This document shows positions 1-9,728 of a stretch of 64,000 nt of DNA, in pieces (the first letter of the stretch is position 1; each line of letters opens with the position of its first letter). Under the pieces are notes generated by a model. It had not been told where the DNA came from. It saw nothing but the letters and a program-made list of their open reading frames with translations, and ran no database searches. The DNA is from Candidatus Hodarchaeota archaeon (lineage in GTDB: Archaea; Asgardarchaeota; Lokiarchaeia; Sigyniarchaeales; SOKP01): positions 320,001 to 384,000 of the forward strand of contig JBHLJY010000002.1 in the NCBI GenBank assembly GCA_048887225.1. Direction: 5' to 3'. The translations under genes were made by a program, and so were the position numbers.

Positions 1-1697
1 ATATGAGGTTTAAGGTAAAAATAATGTATCATACCAAACTTACTACTCATCATTTTTTGATAAAACTCTTTTGAATCTTTGCAATCAGCAAGTTCTTGCA
101 GAAAAACTATCCTCTCATTGTTTAACGCGCTAGGATGACTGAAATGAGGATTATATACAATAAAAAGATTGATCGGTAAAAATGCCGCAACTTCATAGTA
201 ATGAAGTAAAAATACTTTATTTTCATAATCTAATTGTTCAATAATATTAACCCGTCTTGGAACATTCTCGTTAAGAGCATCCTGATAATAATCAGATTTG
301 TACAAGCTAACTGTATTATCATAATTCTGAAAGAATATAATTAGTAGGAGTATAAAAATTTCTAAATTTTTAAGATTAACTTTACTTTTAAACTGCTTTA
401 AAGCTTTATGCTTTTTTAGGATTCTGAAAAATTCAAAATAGAATAATGTGAAAGAAATTACGAGTACATAATAAGATACAATTAAAACTCTATAATGAAC
501 CAATGGAAAGCCTGCTAATGCACCTATAAAACTTAACACATAGAGAATATAAACAGATATGACAATATTTCCTAAAAAGGTTAGCAAATTCGATCTAGAA
601 TATCGTAATAAAACAAAAATAATTCCCAGAATCAAAATGAAACTAAATAGATTGAATTTGAGATATTCTTCAAATGGCATTTCTAGTGCGTAGTTTGGAA
701 AGAATAAGTTTTGATGCCCTTCTGCTCCCAGTAAGAGAATATTGATAGTCAAGGGAAGCCAAAACCAAGAACTAAAAATAAAAATTAATATTGAAATAAA
801 AAATATTCTTTTAATTTTATTTTTAAACTCTTTTATGTTATTTTGAATCTTACTTTGAATCAAAAGGATAAACACATAGATTGGAACGAGGATAAAATAC
901 AGATAAAAGGTGCATACTAAAATCGAGCCAATTATTCCAGCAATTATATAATCTTTTCTTGAAAATTCTTTATTTGTATAATTTTCAAAATAATAGAGAA
1001 AAAACGGAATAAAGAACATATAACCAATTAAATGATCAATCCAAATAATCTCATTATAATTCGCTACAAATGTGAAAAACAGAGCTGTAATGTAGAAAGA
1101 TTTTTTTTTACTAAAAAGCTTTTTCCAAGCTTCGTTTAGGAGTATCGGTAAAATATAATATGAAAATAAAAATCCAAACTTTACCATCTTATGGGATTCA
1201 ATCTGAAATAATGCTGCAAATACTGCTAAAATATACCAATAAAGCGGTGCCATAAATGCTGAAAATCCTTTAAACGCAAAATCTTGAGGATATATTGAAT
1301 GAGCCATTTGAGCGATCATCGCAGATCTATACCAATTATCAGGACCTAATCCACTATAAGCAAAATCAGTTCTAGCAAAGAGAAATGATAAGATCGCAAA
1401 ACTAAACACAGTAAAAAGAATAATATTTCTTTTATAATCTACCATAAAAATCTTTTTTCTCGTATTTGGCTGATTGAATATAACAAAAATTATGAAGAAA
1501 CCAATCGTGATTAGCGCACAGATAATATTTCTATAAAACTCTTCCCAGAAAACTGGCGGCAATAGCAAAAAAAGTATAATAAAAGCTAGACATCCTATAC
1601 CTGCATACAAGAATTCTTGAAAAATATCTAATTTATATAGTTCAGAAGCTTTTTCTTTAATTACACTTGTTTTTGATTTTTCCTTATTACCAGACAT
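1..1697 (-). CDS. AftA-like (GT85) GT-C arabinofuranosyltransferase-family membrane protein, paralogue A (3' end runs off window; not in ORF track)
   Basis: Manual translation from ATG at 1697: MSGNKEKSK...DIFQEFLYAGIGCL...GLGPDNWYRSAMIAQMAHSIYPQDFAFKGFSAFMAPLYWY...LDYENKVFLLHYYEVAAFLPINLFIVYNPHFSHPSALNNERIVFLQEL. The segments I translated share one frame down to base 3 and are colinear with the 7850-9661 protein. Confidence 0.8.
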   Translation of the reverse strand, partial: MSGNKEKSKTSVIKEKASELYKLDIFQEFLYAGIGCLAFIILFLLLPPVFWEEFYRNIICALITIGFFIIFVIFNQPNTRKKIFMVDYKRNIILFTVFSFAILSFLFARTDFAYSGLGPDNWYRSAMIAQMAHSIYPQDFAFKGFSAFMAPLYWYILAVFAALFQIESHKMVKFGFLFSYYILPILLNEAWKKLFSKKKSFYITALFFTFVANYNEIIWIDHLIGYMFFIPFFLYYFENYTNKEFSRKDYIIAGIIGSILVCTFYLYFILVPIYVFILLIQSKIQNNIKEFKNKIKRIFFISILIFIFSSWFWLPLTINILLLGAEGHQNLFFPNYALEMPFEEYLKFNLFSFILILGIIFVLLRYSRSNLLTFLGNIVISVYILYVLSFIGALAGFPLVHYRVLIVSYYVLVISFTLFYFEFFRILKKHKALKQFKSKVNLKNLEIFILLLIIFFQNYDNTVSLYKSDYYQDALNENVPRRVNIIEQLDYENKVFLLHYYEVAAFLPINLFIVYNPHFSHPSALNNERIVFLQELADCKDSKEFYQKMMSSKFGMIHYFYLKPH

Positions 1698-1845
1698 TAT
1701 TAATAATTGAGAGGGTTTTCATATAGAATTAAACAAGATTTATTATTTTTAACAATATATAATAACCATTATTTATAACTAAGTTTAAGAGATTATCTAA
1801 AATACTTTAATTACAGTTTTTAAAAAAAGATTAGTAAATTTTCAA

Positions 1846-3063
1846 ATGAATATATTATATATCGTTCAAGGATTTCCCCCAAGTATTGGAGCGGGCGCAA
1901 TAAATGCATATAAAATTGCTAAATACCTTGCTGGTTTCAACCACAAGATTTTAGTCTTATCTCCAGGAGTATTTAGCAAACCCTCTAATGAAAGCAAGGC
2001 TTCAGTTATAGAAAGATTAAATGATACAGATATAGAAGTGAAATATTCAAGTAAACTTATGAGAATTCCATTAAATCTGACTCTCTCTCATTTTGAAAAT
2101 ATGATCCGTTTTTTTTTAAAGCTGAAATCAAGGTTTCGACCAGATGTCGTCTTATCCCAATATCAAGCTTTCCATTACGCAAGTGTAGTTGGAGGCTATC
2201 TATCAAAAATATTGAAGATACCTCATATTAGTCGCTCTCATGACATTTTCTTTCCAACAGATGCCTTTTCAATGCCATTACGACTTTTTTACTCTTCAAT
2301 TTATACCAGAATTTATCGCTCTATTTTAAATTGCGATATATTTTATGTTACCACTTCAGAAATGAAGAGACATTATTTGAAATTTAAAAAACTGAAGAGT
2401 GTTAATTTTAAACTGCATCATAACGGGATAGATACAGATCAATTCTACCCTTTTGATAATCAAGAAGAACTAAAAGAAAAGTTCAATGCTGATAATATAG
2501 TTTTATTTGTTGGACAAATTTCAAGAGATTATGATTTAGGATTTATACTCAAAATAATACCAGATATTCTAAAAACTCATAAAGATACCCATTTTTTAAT
2601 AATTGGAAGTGGTCCTCATGAGAAAAGTTTAGTGGAGTTCATCAAAGATAATAGTTTAACCAAACAAATTCATTTCTTAGGAATAAAGGCTCATGAAGAA
2701 ATTCCATATTATATAAATAATAGTGATATAGGTATTGGAAGGATAACGCGTGAAAAAATTTGGAGATATATGATACCGGTGAAATGTTTAGAGTATATGG
2801 CCTGCGCTAAACCTTTCGTAACTGCCCCTCTTTCGCAAGATTTAATTAGAAATAATGATGTTGGATTAGTGTTGAAAAGAAGTTTTACAGAAAAAGAACT
2901 GCTTGATAAATTAATTATGCTAATAGAAGACTCTAGCTTAAGAAAAAGATTAGGAGAAAATGGTATGAAAAAAATCCACCAGAAATTCAGATGGGAAGTA
3001 ATAATGGAAGAATTTAATAATGAATTAATTGATTTAAAAACTAATTATCTGAAACAAATATAA
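1846..3063 (+). CDS. GT4 family glycosyltransferase
   Basis: N-terminal FPPSIGAGA, HNGID, FVG, P-x-K-x-x-EYMAC motif, C-terminal LRKRLGENG...FRW. Confidence 0.9.
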   Translation: MNILYIVQGFPPSIGAGAINAYKIAKYLAGFNHKILVLSPGVFSKPSNESKASVIERLNDTDIEVKYSSKLMRIPLNLTLSHFENMIRFFLKLKSRFRPDVVLSQYQAFHYASVVGGYLSKILKIPHISRSHDIFFPTDAFSMPLRLFYSSIYTRIYRSILNCDIFYVTTSEMKRHYLKFKKLKSVNFKLHHNGIDTDQFYPFDNQEELKEKFNADNIVLFVGQISRDYDLGFILKIIPDILKTHKDTHFLIIGSGPHEKSLVEFIKDNSLTKQIHFLGIKAHEEIPYYINNSDIGIGRITREKIWRYMIPVKCLEYMACAKPFVTAPLSQDLIRNNDVGLVLKRSFTEKELLDKLIMLIEDSSLRKRLGENGMKKIHQKFRWEVIMEEFNNELIDLKTNYLKQI

Positions 3064-3875
3064 ATTTTCTCTCTTTTATCTAATCCAAACAAATCTATAA
3101 ATTTTTTGTTTAAATCACCAACAAAATTATCAACCTGAACCTTAAACCCTGCTCTTTCTAATTTATCTTTATAATCAATACCATAAATTCTAAAGTGATT
3201 CTGCTCCCCAAATAATTTACGCCGTTCATTAGCAGCCATCTCTTTTGTACCCTCGACAGTTTTCTTAAGAGAGTAATCAATTGGAGATTGAATTATTGCC
3301 CATCCATTAGGTTTTAAAACTCTAAATATTTCTCTCATAGCTAGAGTATCATTAATTACATGTTCTAGCACGTGGGAGCACAATATAACATCAAAACTTT
3401 TATCTTCAAATATCAAATCTGTAATATCGGTCTTAATCATTGCTAATGGAGAACTTAAATCAGCAGTAATACATTCAATATTTGAGAGATTTTTAAAAAT
3501 TGATAACAAAATTTTGTTAGGCGCAAAATATAATACTTTTAACTTGCTTTTAAAGAAATCTGTTTTAGTTTTAAGGTACAAAAGCATCAACCGGTGCCGT
3601 TCTAAAGAACTACATCCAGGACACTGCGCGGATAACCTAAATTGTGTTCCAACTGGAATGAACTTCTTGAAATTCCCTCCACAACAAGGACAGATTTTAT
3701 TCTTTCCTTTAAATAAAATCCTTCTCATTGTTTTAAAAAATAAAATAAACTTAGGTAAGTAATTCTCAAAAACTCGAAAAAGGAAAGTTTGTTCATGGCC
3801 TAATAAATTGGCTAAATAAAAAGGATTTTTTAATAAATGATATATCTGTTTTTTCCACGAAAATTCTTTTTTCAT
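3045..3875 (-). CDS. Class I SAM methyltransferase with N-terminal zinc ribbon
   Basis: CPCC...CPGC.SLERHR, FDVILCSHVLEHV, EIFRVLKPNG. Confidence 0.85.
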   Translation of the reverse strand: MKKEFSWKKQIYHLLKNPFYLANLLGHEQTFLFRVFENYLPKFILFFKTMRRILFKGKNKICPCCGGNFKKFIPVGTQFRLSAQCPGCSSLERHRLMLLYLKTKTDFFKSKLKVLYFAPNKILLSIFKNLSNIECITADLSSPLAMIKTDITDLIFEDKSFDVILCSHVLEHVINDTLAMREIFRVLKPNGWAIIQSPIDYSLKKTVEGTKEMAANERRKLFGEQNHFRIYGIDYKDKLERAGFKVQVDNFVGDLNKKFIDLFGLDKREKIYICFR

Positions 3876-3900
3876 AATAAAAATATAAAAATATATAGCT

Positions 3901-4740
3901 TTATTTTAGCTCACTAAAGATTAATTTTTTCTTCTTAAAAGAAATTTCATCTTTTTTAAAAATTTTTAACTTAATTTTTAATAAAAGATATCTGAAAAAG
4001 CAGGCCAAAATATTAATTGCTAATTTATTTAATTTTATTCTTGATTTACCATGCGCTCTATCCATTAATTTGATTGGACATTCCTTTATTCTAAAACCAT
4101 ATAAAGCGGCTCTAATAATTAACTCTGTTGTAAATGCAAAATTGTAATATTGAATATTCTCGAAAATACTGATTATTTTTCTATCAAAAGCTCGGAAACC
4201 ACCTTGATTATTTACGACTTTTTGACCAAATATTATCAGCAGTAATTTCTCAACAAAAATTTCTCCAATTCTCGTAGTAATCGGGAGTTCGTAATTATAG
4301 CTCCCTAAATATCTTGATCCAATAGTATATTCTGCCTCATTATTAAGAATTGGTTTAATTAATGAATAAATATCATCTCCCGAATGCTGGCCATCAGCAT
4401 CCATAGTAATAATAATTTTTCCATTTGATTTTTTTATTCCAGTTAATATTGCTTTTCCATATCCCCGATTTCTTTTATGTTTATATAGTTTTATATCCCA
4501 ACTTGCTTGAGCTCTCTTAATCTCCTCAACACTTTTATCTTTTGAACAGTCATCGATAACAATGACTTCTATTTTATTATTATTTGGTAGGGAAGTTAAT
4601 ATTGAATATATTGTTGTTTCTTCATTATAAACAGGTATCACTATTGAAATCAAATACTTTTTATTACTTTTGATTCTTTCTATATGCTGATACATTTCAT
4701 TATAAGTATTAGAAAGACTACTCACCAAAAGCCTTACCAT
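3901..4740 (-). CDS. DPM1-like GT2 (polyprenol/dolichol-phosphate glycosyltransferase)
   Basis: IVIPVYNEE, DDCSKD, NRGYGKA, TMDADGQH, GSRY, GGFRAF. Confidence 0.85.
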   Translation of the reverse strand: MVRLLVSSLSNTYNEMYQHIERIKSNKKYLISIVIPVYNEETTIYSILTSLPNNNKIEVIVIDDCSKDKSVEEIKRAQASWDIKLYKHKRNRGYGKAILTGIKKSNGKIIITMDADGQHSGDDIYSLIKPILNNEAEYTIGSRYLGSYNYELPITTRIGEIFVEKLLLIIFGQKVVNNQGGFRAFDRKIISIFENIQYYNFAFTTELIIRAALYGFRIKECPIKLMDRAHGKSRIKLNKLAINILACFFRYLLLKIKLKIFKKDEISFKKKKLIFSELK

Positions 4741-4914
4741 AAAATGAATTTTAAGATTATTATTTAAACTAGTTTTTATTTAAATAAGTTGTTATTTAAT
4801 ATGATAATATTATTAATAAAAATATTTAATTCTTTTATTAAGAGTAATTTTCGGGAAAGACCCAAAATCGGTTTTTTTTAAAAAAAATGAGAATAAAATC
4901 TCTTACATTTAATC

Positions 4915-7461
4915 TTAATCAAAAAAAGGGGCATAATATAACGTTAAATCTCCGATTTCTTTTTTAGTTTCGTTATAAAGTCTCGGAATGAGATAATTTT
5001 TTACAAAAACGGTCCTATTATTTTGGTCTTCAAAATAATCTTCAGAAATTAAAAAATATTTAATTTTATCATCTTTTAGGTCGCTTATCTCTTCATTTCG
5101 TTCAGTTGGATTTGCTCTTGATTCAAAAACATCATTTAGGATTATATAATATGAACTTGCTAATAAAAGGGTTCCAATCTTTAAAACAAAATCATTTTCC
5201 ATCAATATCTTCGAATCCTCAGGGATATTATCCGACATCCAACTAAACATTTCAATTTCATCTTCTGAAATTTTATTTTCAATATCACTTGCTCTCATAC
5301 TGAAGATAAAAAAGTTTGATAAAAATAGGAAAATAAATAAAGAGAAAGAGAGGTATTTTGTAAAAATCCTCCTGTTTTTCCCTAAAAATAATTTTTTAAA
5401 TCTATCCTTATTTTTAATGATTTTAATAAATTTAGAAATTCCTAAGGTAAAAAGAATACTAAAGGGAATTACAGAAAATACCCATATCCTATTGAACCAA
5501 AAGTACATCATCCTAAAATTTTCTGAATCAATAGTATTTGTCTTAATCGCAAGAGTTTGGTACCAATTGAGATAAATAAGGAGAGAACCAAAGATAATTA
5601 CAAAGAACGTCCATGTAAACATCAATCTAAACAAGGATTTATTCATTTTAAAACAAAAAAAAGATAAATATACTGCTACTATTCCAACATAACCTATATT
5701 AATGAAAATTTCATGTAAATAATTAAAAAACATATATTTTTCATACAATTTATTATTGGAAAAAATCTCCCCTAATAAAATAGATATTACCTCAATAATA
5801 AGAAATATTGAGAAAATCAAAAGACAAATCTTAAAGGTTTTAATAACATCAAAATTAAATTTAAAGAATTTCTTTTCTCCATTTATGAATTTTTTTTTAT
5901 ATATATACCAATTCAAAATTGAAGCGAAAAAAATGATGATAAATAATGTATATACAATAATGTTAGGTGGAATTATTAATATAAGATACGCAAATACTTG
6001 AGACTGGAAGATCCATTGAATCATATTAAAAATGGATAAAGATAAATATGTGCTCATAACAAGATCAAAGACTATGAGAGTTATAGTCGTTAATAAAATG
6101 AAAAATGAGAGAATTTGAAAGTTAATTATTTTTTTTTCTGTAACCATACAATAAAGAATTATCATTAAAAATCCCATAAGGAATGGAATCATATATGATA
6201 GAAAGCTAAGGCTTAATAAAAAAGCCGAAAGATAAATTATTTTTGACTCTTGGAGATTAAGAATAAAATTAAATTTTCTTTTTTCTTCATTCATATTGCG
6301 AGTTTTTGAAATTAAAATAAATATTGCCAAGCTTAATATGAATAAAATGATAGAATAGCTTTTATATATGATATAAATCAAACAAACAAAACTTAATGAT
6401 GAGATCGTTGAAAACGATATAATATAAAATAATCCCGAAAATGTTATCATTACAATAGTTGAAGAAACTGCAAGTTTTTCTTTAAAATTGATTAAAATGG
6501 ATTTCATTAGTATAAAAACGGATGTTACAAATAAATAAGTAAACGGAAAGAATAATACATTCATATTTACGAAGGGGATACCTCCTAGTATACTAAATCC
6601 AAAGATTACATAACACCAAAATATAGGATAAAATAGAAAATCTTCGCCTCTAGCTATTGGACTTGTATTATCACTTCCTATAAATTTTGAAGGAGATACC
6701 CCTGCCCAACTATCGCTTAAGGTAAGATATGGATTTGCTAACAATACAGCAAGAGAAATAAAGATAAATCCTATTGCCATCAATAATATAATAAATAAAT
6801 TGTTGGAAACTTCGATTTTATTAATTTTTTGAAAAAAAACCTCATTTCGAGTTTTTTGAATAATCAAATCAATAGATAATAGATTATAAATAATAATTAT
6901 TAAAGCTAATAGGAAGTGATCTTTATGCAAATTTATTTGGTCGAGGATTAAAGTTGATATTCCAATGAACGCAAATGAAAGTATTGGATATAATGTTAAT
7001 TTTATTATGGAACTATTTAGATTTAAACGCTTATCTAAATTGGTGTTACTAAAAAATATATTATATATACTTGCACCAGGAATAAAAGAGGCTCCTAAAA
7101 GGACTATAATTGCTCTAATTAAATTTGAAAACCCGATTCTTTTCCATAAAATTATAGTTGATCTGTAAGTAATTGGTGGGATTAATAAAGAAACAAGCAT
7201 CAAACCTGCTAGTATGATCTTTACAAAATTTTCTGGTATAAATTTGAAAGAAAATAAAATAATTTTATCATTCTCATGATCAAAATTAATAAAAGTAAAG
7301 ATCCCAGTGATAATTAAAACGAAACCTATGAATATTATTATCGAAATAATTAAACTATCTCCCGGGGGATAAAAGAAAATGAGAAAAATGAAATAGGCGA
7401 AAATAAAACCGATAATGAATACAATTGACGATAAATTTTTTCTTAGGTTAAAAACCACCAA
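4915..7461 (-). CDS. Large polytopic membrane protein, probable GT-C fold glycosyltransferase
   Basis: Roughly 20 hydrophobic segments, a loop with SDSW...FYPIFW, and a soluble C-terminal domain EIEMFSWMSDNIPEDSKIL. Confidence 0.55.
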   Translation of the reverse strand: MVVFNLRKNLSSIVFIIGFIFAYFIFLIFFYPPGDSLIISIIIFIGFVLIITGIFTFINFDHENDKIILFSFKFIPENFVKIILAGLMLVSLLIPPITYRSTIILWKRIGFSNLIRAIIVLLGASFIPGASIYNIFFSNTNLDKRLNLNSSIIKLTLYPILSFAFIGISTLILDQINLHKDHFLLALIIIIYNLLSIDLIIQKTRNEVFFQKINKIEVSNNLFIILLMAIGFIFISLAVLLANPYLTLSDSWAGVSPSKFIGSDNTSPIARGEDFLFYPIFWCYVIFGFSILGGIPFVNMNVLFFPFTYLFVTSVFILMKSILINFKEKLAVSSTIVMITFSGLFYIISFSTISSLSFVCLIYIIYKSYSIILFILSLAIFILISKTRNMNEEKRKFNFILNLQESKIIYLSAFLLSLSFLSYMIPFLMGFLMIILYCMVTEKKIINFQILSFFILLTTITLIVFDLVMSTYLSLSIFNMIQWIFQSQVFAYLILIIPPNIIVYTLFIIIFFASILNWYIYKKKFINGEKKFFKFNFDVIKTFKICLLIFSIFLIIEVISILLGEIFSNNKLYEKYMFFNYLHEIFINIGYVGIVAVYLSFFCFKMNKSLFRLMFTWTFFVIIFGSLLIYLNWYQTLAIKTNTIDSENFRMMYFWFNRIWVFSVIPFSILFTLGISKFIKIIKNKDRFKKLFLGKNRRIFTKYLSFSLFIFLFLSNFFIFSMRASDIENKISEDEIEMFSWMSDNIPEDSKILMENDFVLKIGTLLLASSYYIILNDVFESRANPTERNEEISDLKDDKIKYFLISEDYFEDQNNRTVFVKNYLIPRLYNETKKEIGDLTLYYAPFFD

Positions 7462-7849
7462 AATGATCTTTTTAATTTATGAATTTTTTAGTGTTTCAAA
7501 TTATTATTTTCAATTAAATTTTTCTCTCAGTTTTATTTGATATTATATTTCATTTAAGAAATTGAATATTGCTCAATTTTAAGTTTTAGGGTTTTTTATC
7601 CAAGGAAATATAATATTTCTTGCTAAATACTATTAAGATTATTCAATCACATTTATTAGCTTCTTTTCAAAAAGAATTTTAAATCAAATAACTCAAATAA
7701 CATCAATATGTTTTTAATTATGTAAAAATAATGGAATCCATTGGTAGATTTAGTAAATTTATATAAATATAAAAGAAACTGAAAATTTTAATAAATACTT
7801 TAGAGCCTTATAGAGAATTTTAAAATTTATATAAACTGATTAAATAAAT

Positions 7850-9661
7850 ATGAATCTTGATAAAATAAAGAAATATTTAATTTCACTTTTTAAAAAAGAT
7901 ATAACTCAAGAACTATTTTTTTCTGGTTTAGGCTGTTTAATTTTTTATGTTTTTTTCAGATTTTTTCCAGATAAAGCCTGGCATAAAGAATTTCGAACTA
8001 CGATTATTTTAATTATAGCTTTATCATTTTTTCTTGTCTTTCTAATTTTGAATCAGCCAAATCCAAGAACTAAACTTTTTAAAGTTAATTATAAAAGAAA
8101 TATTATTTTATTTTCAATTTTTAACTTTACAATCTGGTGTTTTATTTTTTATAAGACTTCGTTTGGATTTTTTGGAATCGCTGCTGATAATTATTATCGT
8201 TCAGCATACATTACTCAAATGGCCCATTCAGGATATCCTCAAGATTTTGCGTACAAGGGACTTTCTGCATTCTATTCACCCTTCTATTATTACTGTCTAG
8301 CACTTATAGCTATAATTTTTCACATTCCTCCTTATAAAATGGTAAAAATAGGCTTTTTATTGACTTATTATATCATTCCAATCATTTTATTTGAGTTTTG
8401 GAAGAAAATTTATAGTAAAAAGGTAGCTTTTTTCATAACTGTTATTTCCTTTCTTATAATTGGCGATATATATTCACAGGATCATATGATTGGGTACATG
8501 TTATTTATACCATATTTTATGTATTATTTTGAGAATTATCCGAAAAAAGATTTCAAGCTTAAAAATTATGTAATTGGAGGATTAATTGGTTCAATTATTT
8601 TTACAACTTTCTTTTTATATTTTGCTATTATTCCAATGTATTATATAATAATTCTTGTTCAAAACAAGAAAAAATTAAAAGAAGATTTAAAACATATTTC
8701 TTATCTATCAATATTTTTATTGATATTTAGTAGTTGGTTTTGGGGCCCTATATTAAGAGATATATTATTTTTAGGTTTTGAAAGTCATCAAAATCGATAT
8801 TTTCATCCAAGTATTTTAACATTTCCATTATTATGGTATTTTGAAACTACTTATTTTGGAGTTATCTATGTAATTGGAGCAATATTTATTATGAAAAAAT
8901 ATTCTAATTTATATGATATAAAAATTCTAGGAAATCTTCTAATTTCTATCAGTTTTTTGTTTTTATTAGGATTGATTGGGATATTAATCGGTTTTCCAAT
9001 AATGCATATTCGCTTTCTTTATGTTTCTTTTTACATATTAATCATTTCAGCTACAATTTTTTATGTAAAATTCTTTCATTTTATTGCTAAAAATGATAAA
9101 ATAAGAATACAGAACTTTCAACTTAATTTAAAGCAAGTTGAAATATCTTTAATTATTAGCTTTTTTTTCTTTCAGTATACAAATTATGCTATAGTGATAA
9201 CCGAGACCCCTTACTATGATTACACTATAGATGAAGATTATCCTGCAGATCTTATAGACATTTTTGAAGAATTAGATTATGAAGATAAGGTTTTCCTTAC
9301 AACTAAATATCGAGTTGCAGCATTTATCCCTATATATTGTTTCTTATTACCTATTCCTTATTATTCTCATCCCTCTTCTTTATATAATGAACGTGTAAAG
9401 TTTCTTGTTGAATTATCAGAATGTGATAATTCAAAATCATTTCACAAAAAAGCAACTGAAAATGAATTTGAACCAATAGATTATTTCTTTTTAGATTTTG
9501 AGAACAATGATACAGTTTTAGTTTTTGAAGTTACGGTTGAAAAGTTCATAGAAGGCAGAGAATATTATGAAATAAAATTTGATAGAGCGTTATTTCTAGA
9601 TCCTGACTTATTTGAAGAGATTATTATTGATAACAAAATAATATATGAAACAAAATATTAA
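7850..9661 (+). CDS. AftA-like (GT85) GT-C arabinofuranosyltransferase-family membrane protein, paralogue B
   Basis: GIAADNYYRSAYITQMAHSGYPQDFAYKGLSAFYSPFYYY and C-terminal VFLTTKY...YYSHPSSLYNER match the recalled AftA_N and AftA_C motifs; multi-TM. Confidence 0.75.
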   Translation: MNLDKIKKYLISLFKKDITQELFFSGLGCLIFYVFFRFFPDKAWHKEFRTTIILIIALSFFLVFLILNQPNPRTKLFKVNYKRNIILFSIFNFTIWCFIFYKTSFGFFGIAADNYYRSAYITQMAHSGYPQDFAYKGLSAFYSPFYYYCLALIAIIFHIPPYKMVKIGFLLTYYIIPIILFEFWKKIYSKKVAFFITVISFLIIGDIYSQDHMIGYMLFIPYFMYYFENYPKKDFKLKNYVIGGLIGSIIFTTFFLYFAIIPMYYIIILVQNKKKLKEDLKHISYLSIFLLIFSSWFWGPILRDILFLGFESHQNRYFHPSILTFPLLWYFETTYFGVIYVIGAIFIMKKYSNLYDIKILGNLLISISFLFLLGLIGILIGFPIMHIRFLYVSFYILIISATIFYVKFFHFIAKNDKIRIQNFQLNLKQVEISLIISFFFFQYTNYAIVITETPYYDYTIDEDYPADLIDIFEELDYEDKVFLTTKYRVAAFIPIYCFLLPIPYYSHPSSLYNERVKFLVELSECDNSKSFHKKATENEFEPIDYFFLDFENNDTVLVFEVTVEKFIEGREYYEIKFDRALFLDPDLFEEIIIDNKIIYETKY

Positions 9662-9728
9662 CCAAAACTTTTCAATCTGATTGAATTTTTTTATTATAAA
9701 GAGTTTGAAAATATATAATATAACGCTA

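Noticed and set aside
4847-4890. Imperfect hairpin TTTTCGGG-AAAGA-CCCAAAA next to T/A runs, as a terminator
   Set aside because: The stem has only three G-C pairs and is expected by chance; not supportable.
4915-7461. Calling the 848-aa protein AglB/STT3
   Set aside because: It has no WWDYG motif, so it is kept only as a GT-C candidate.
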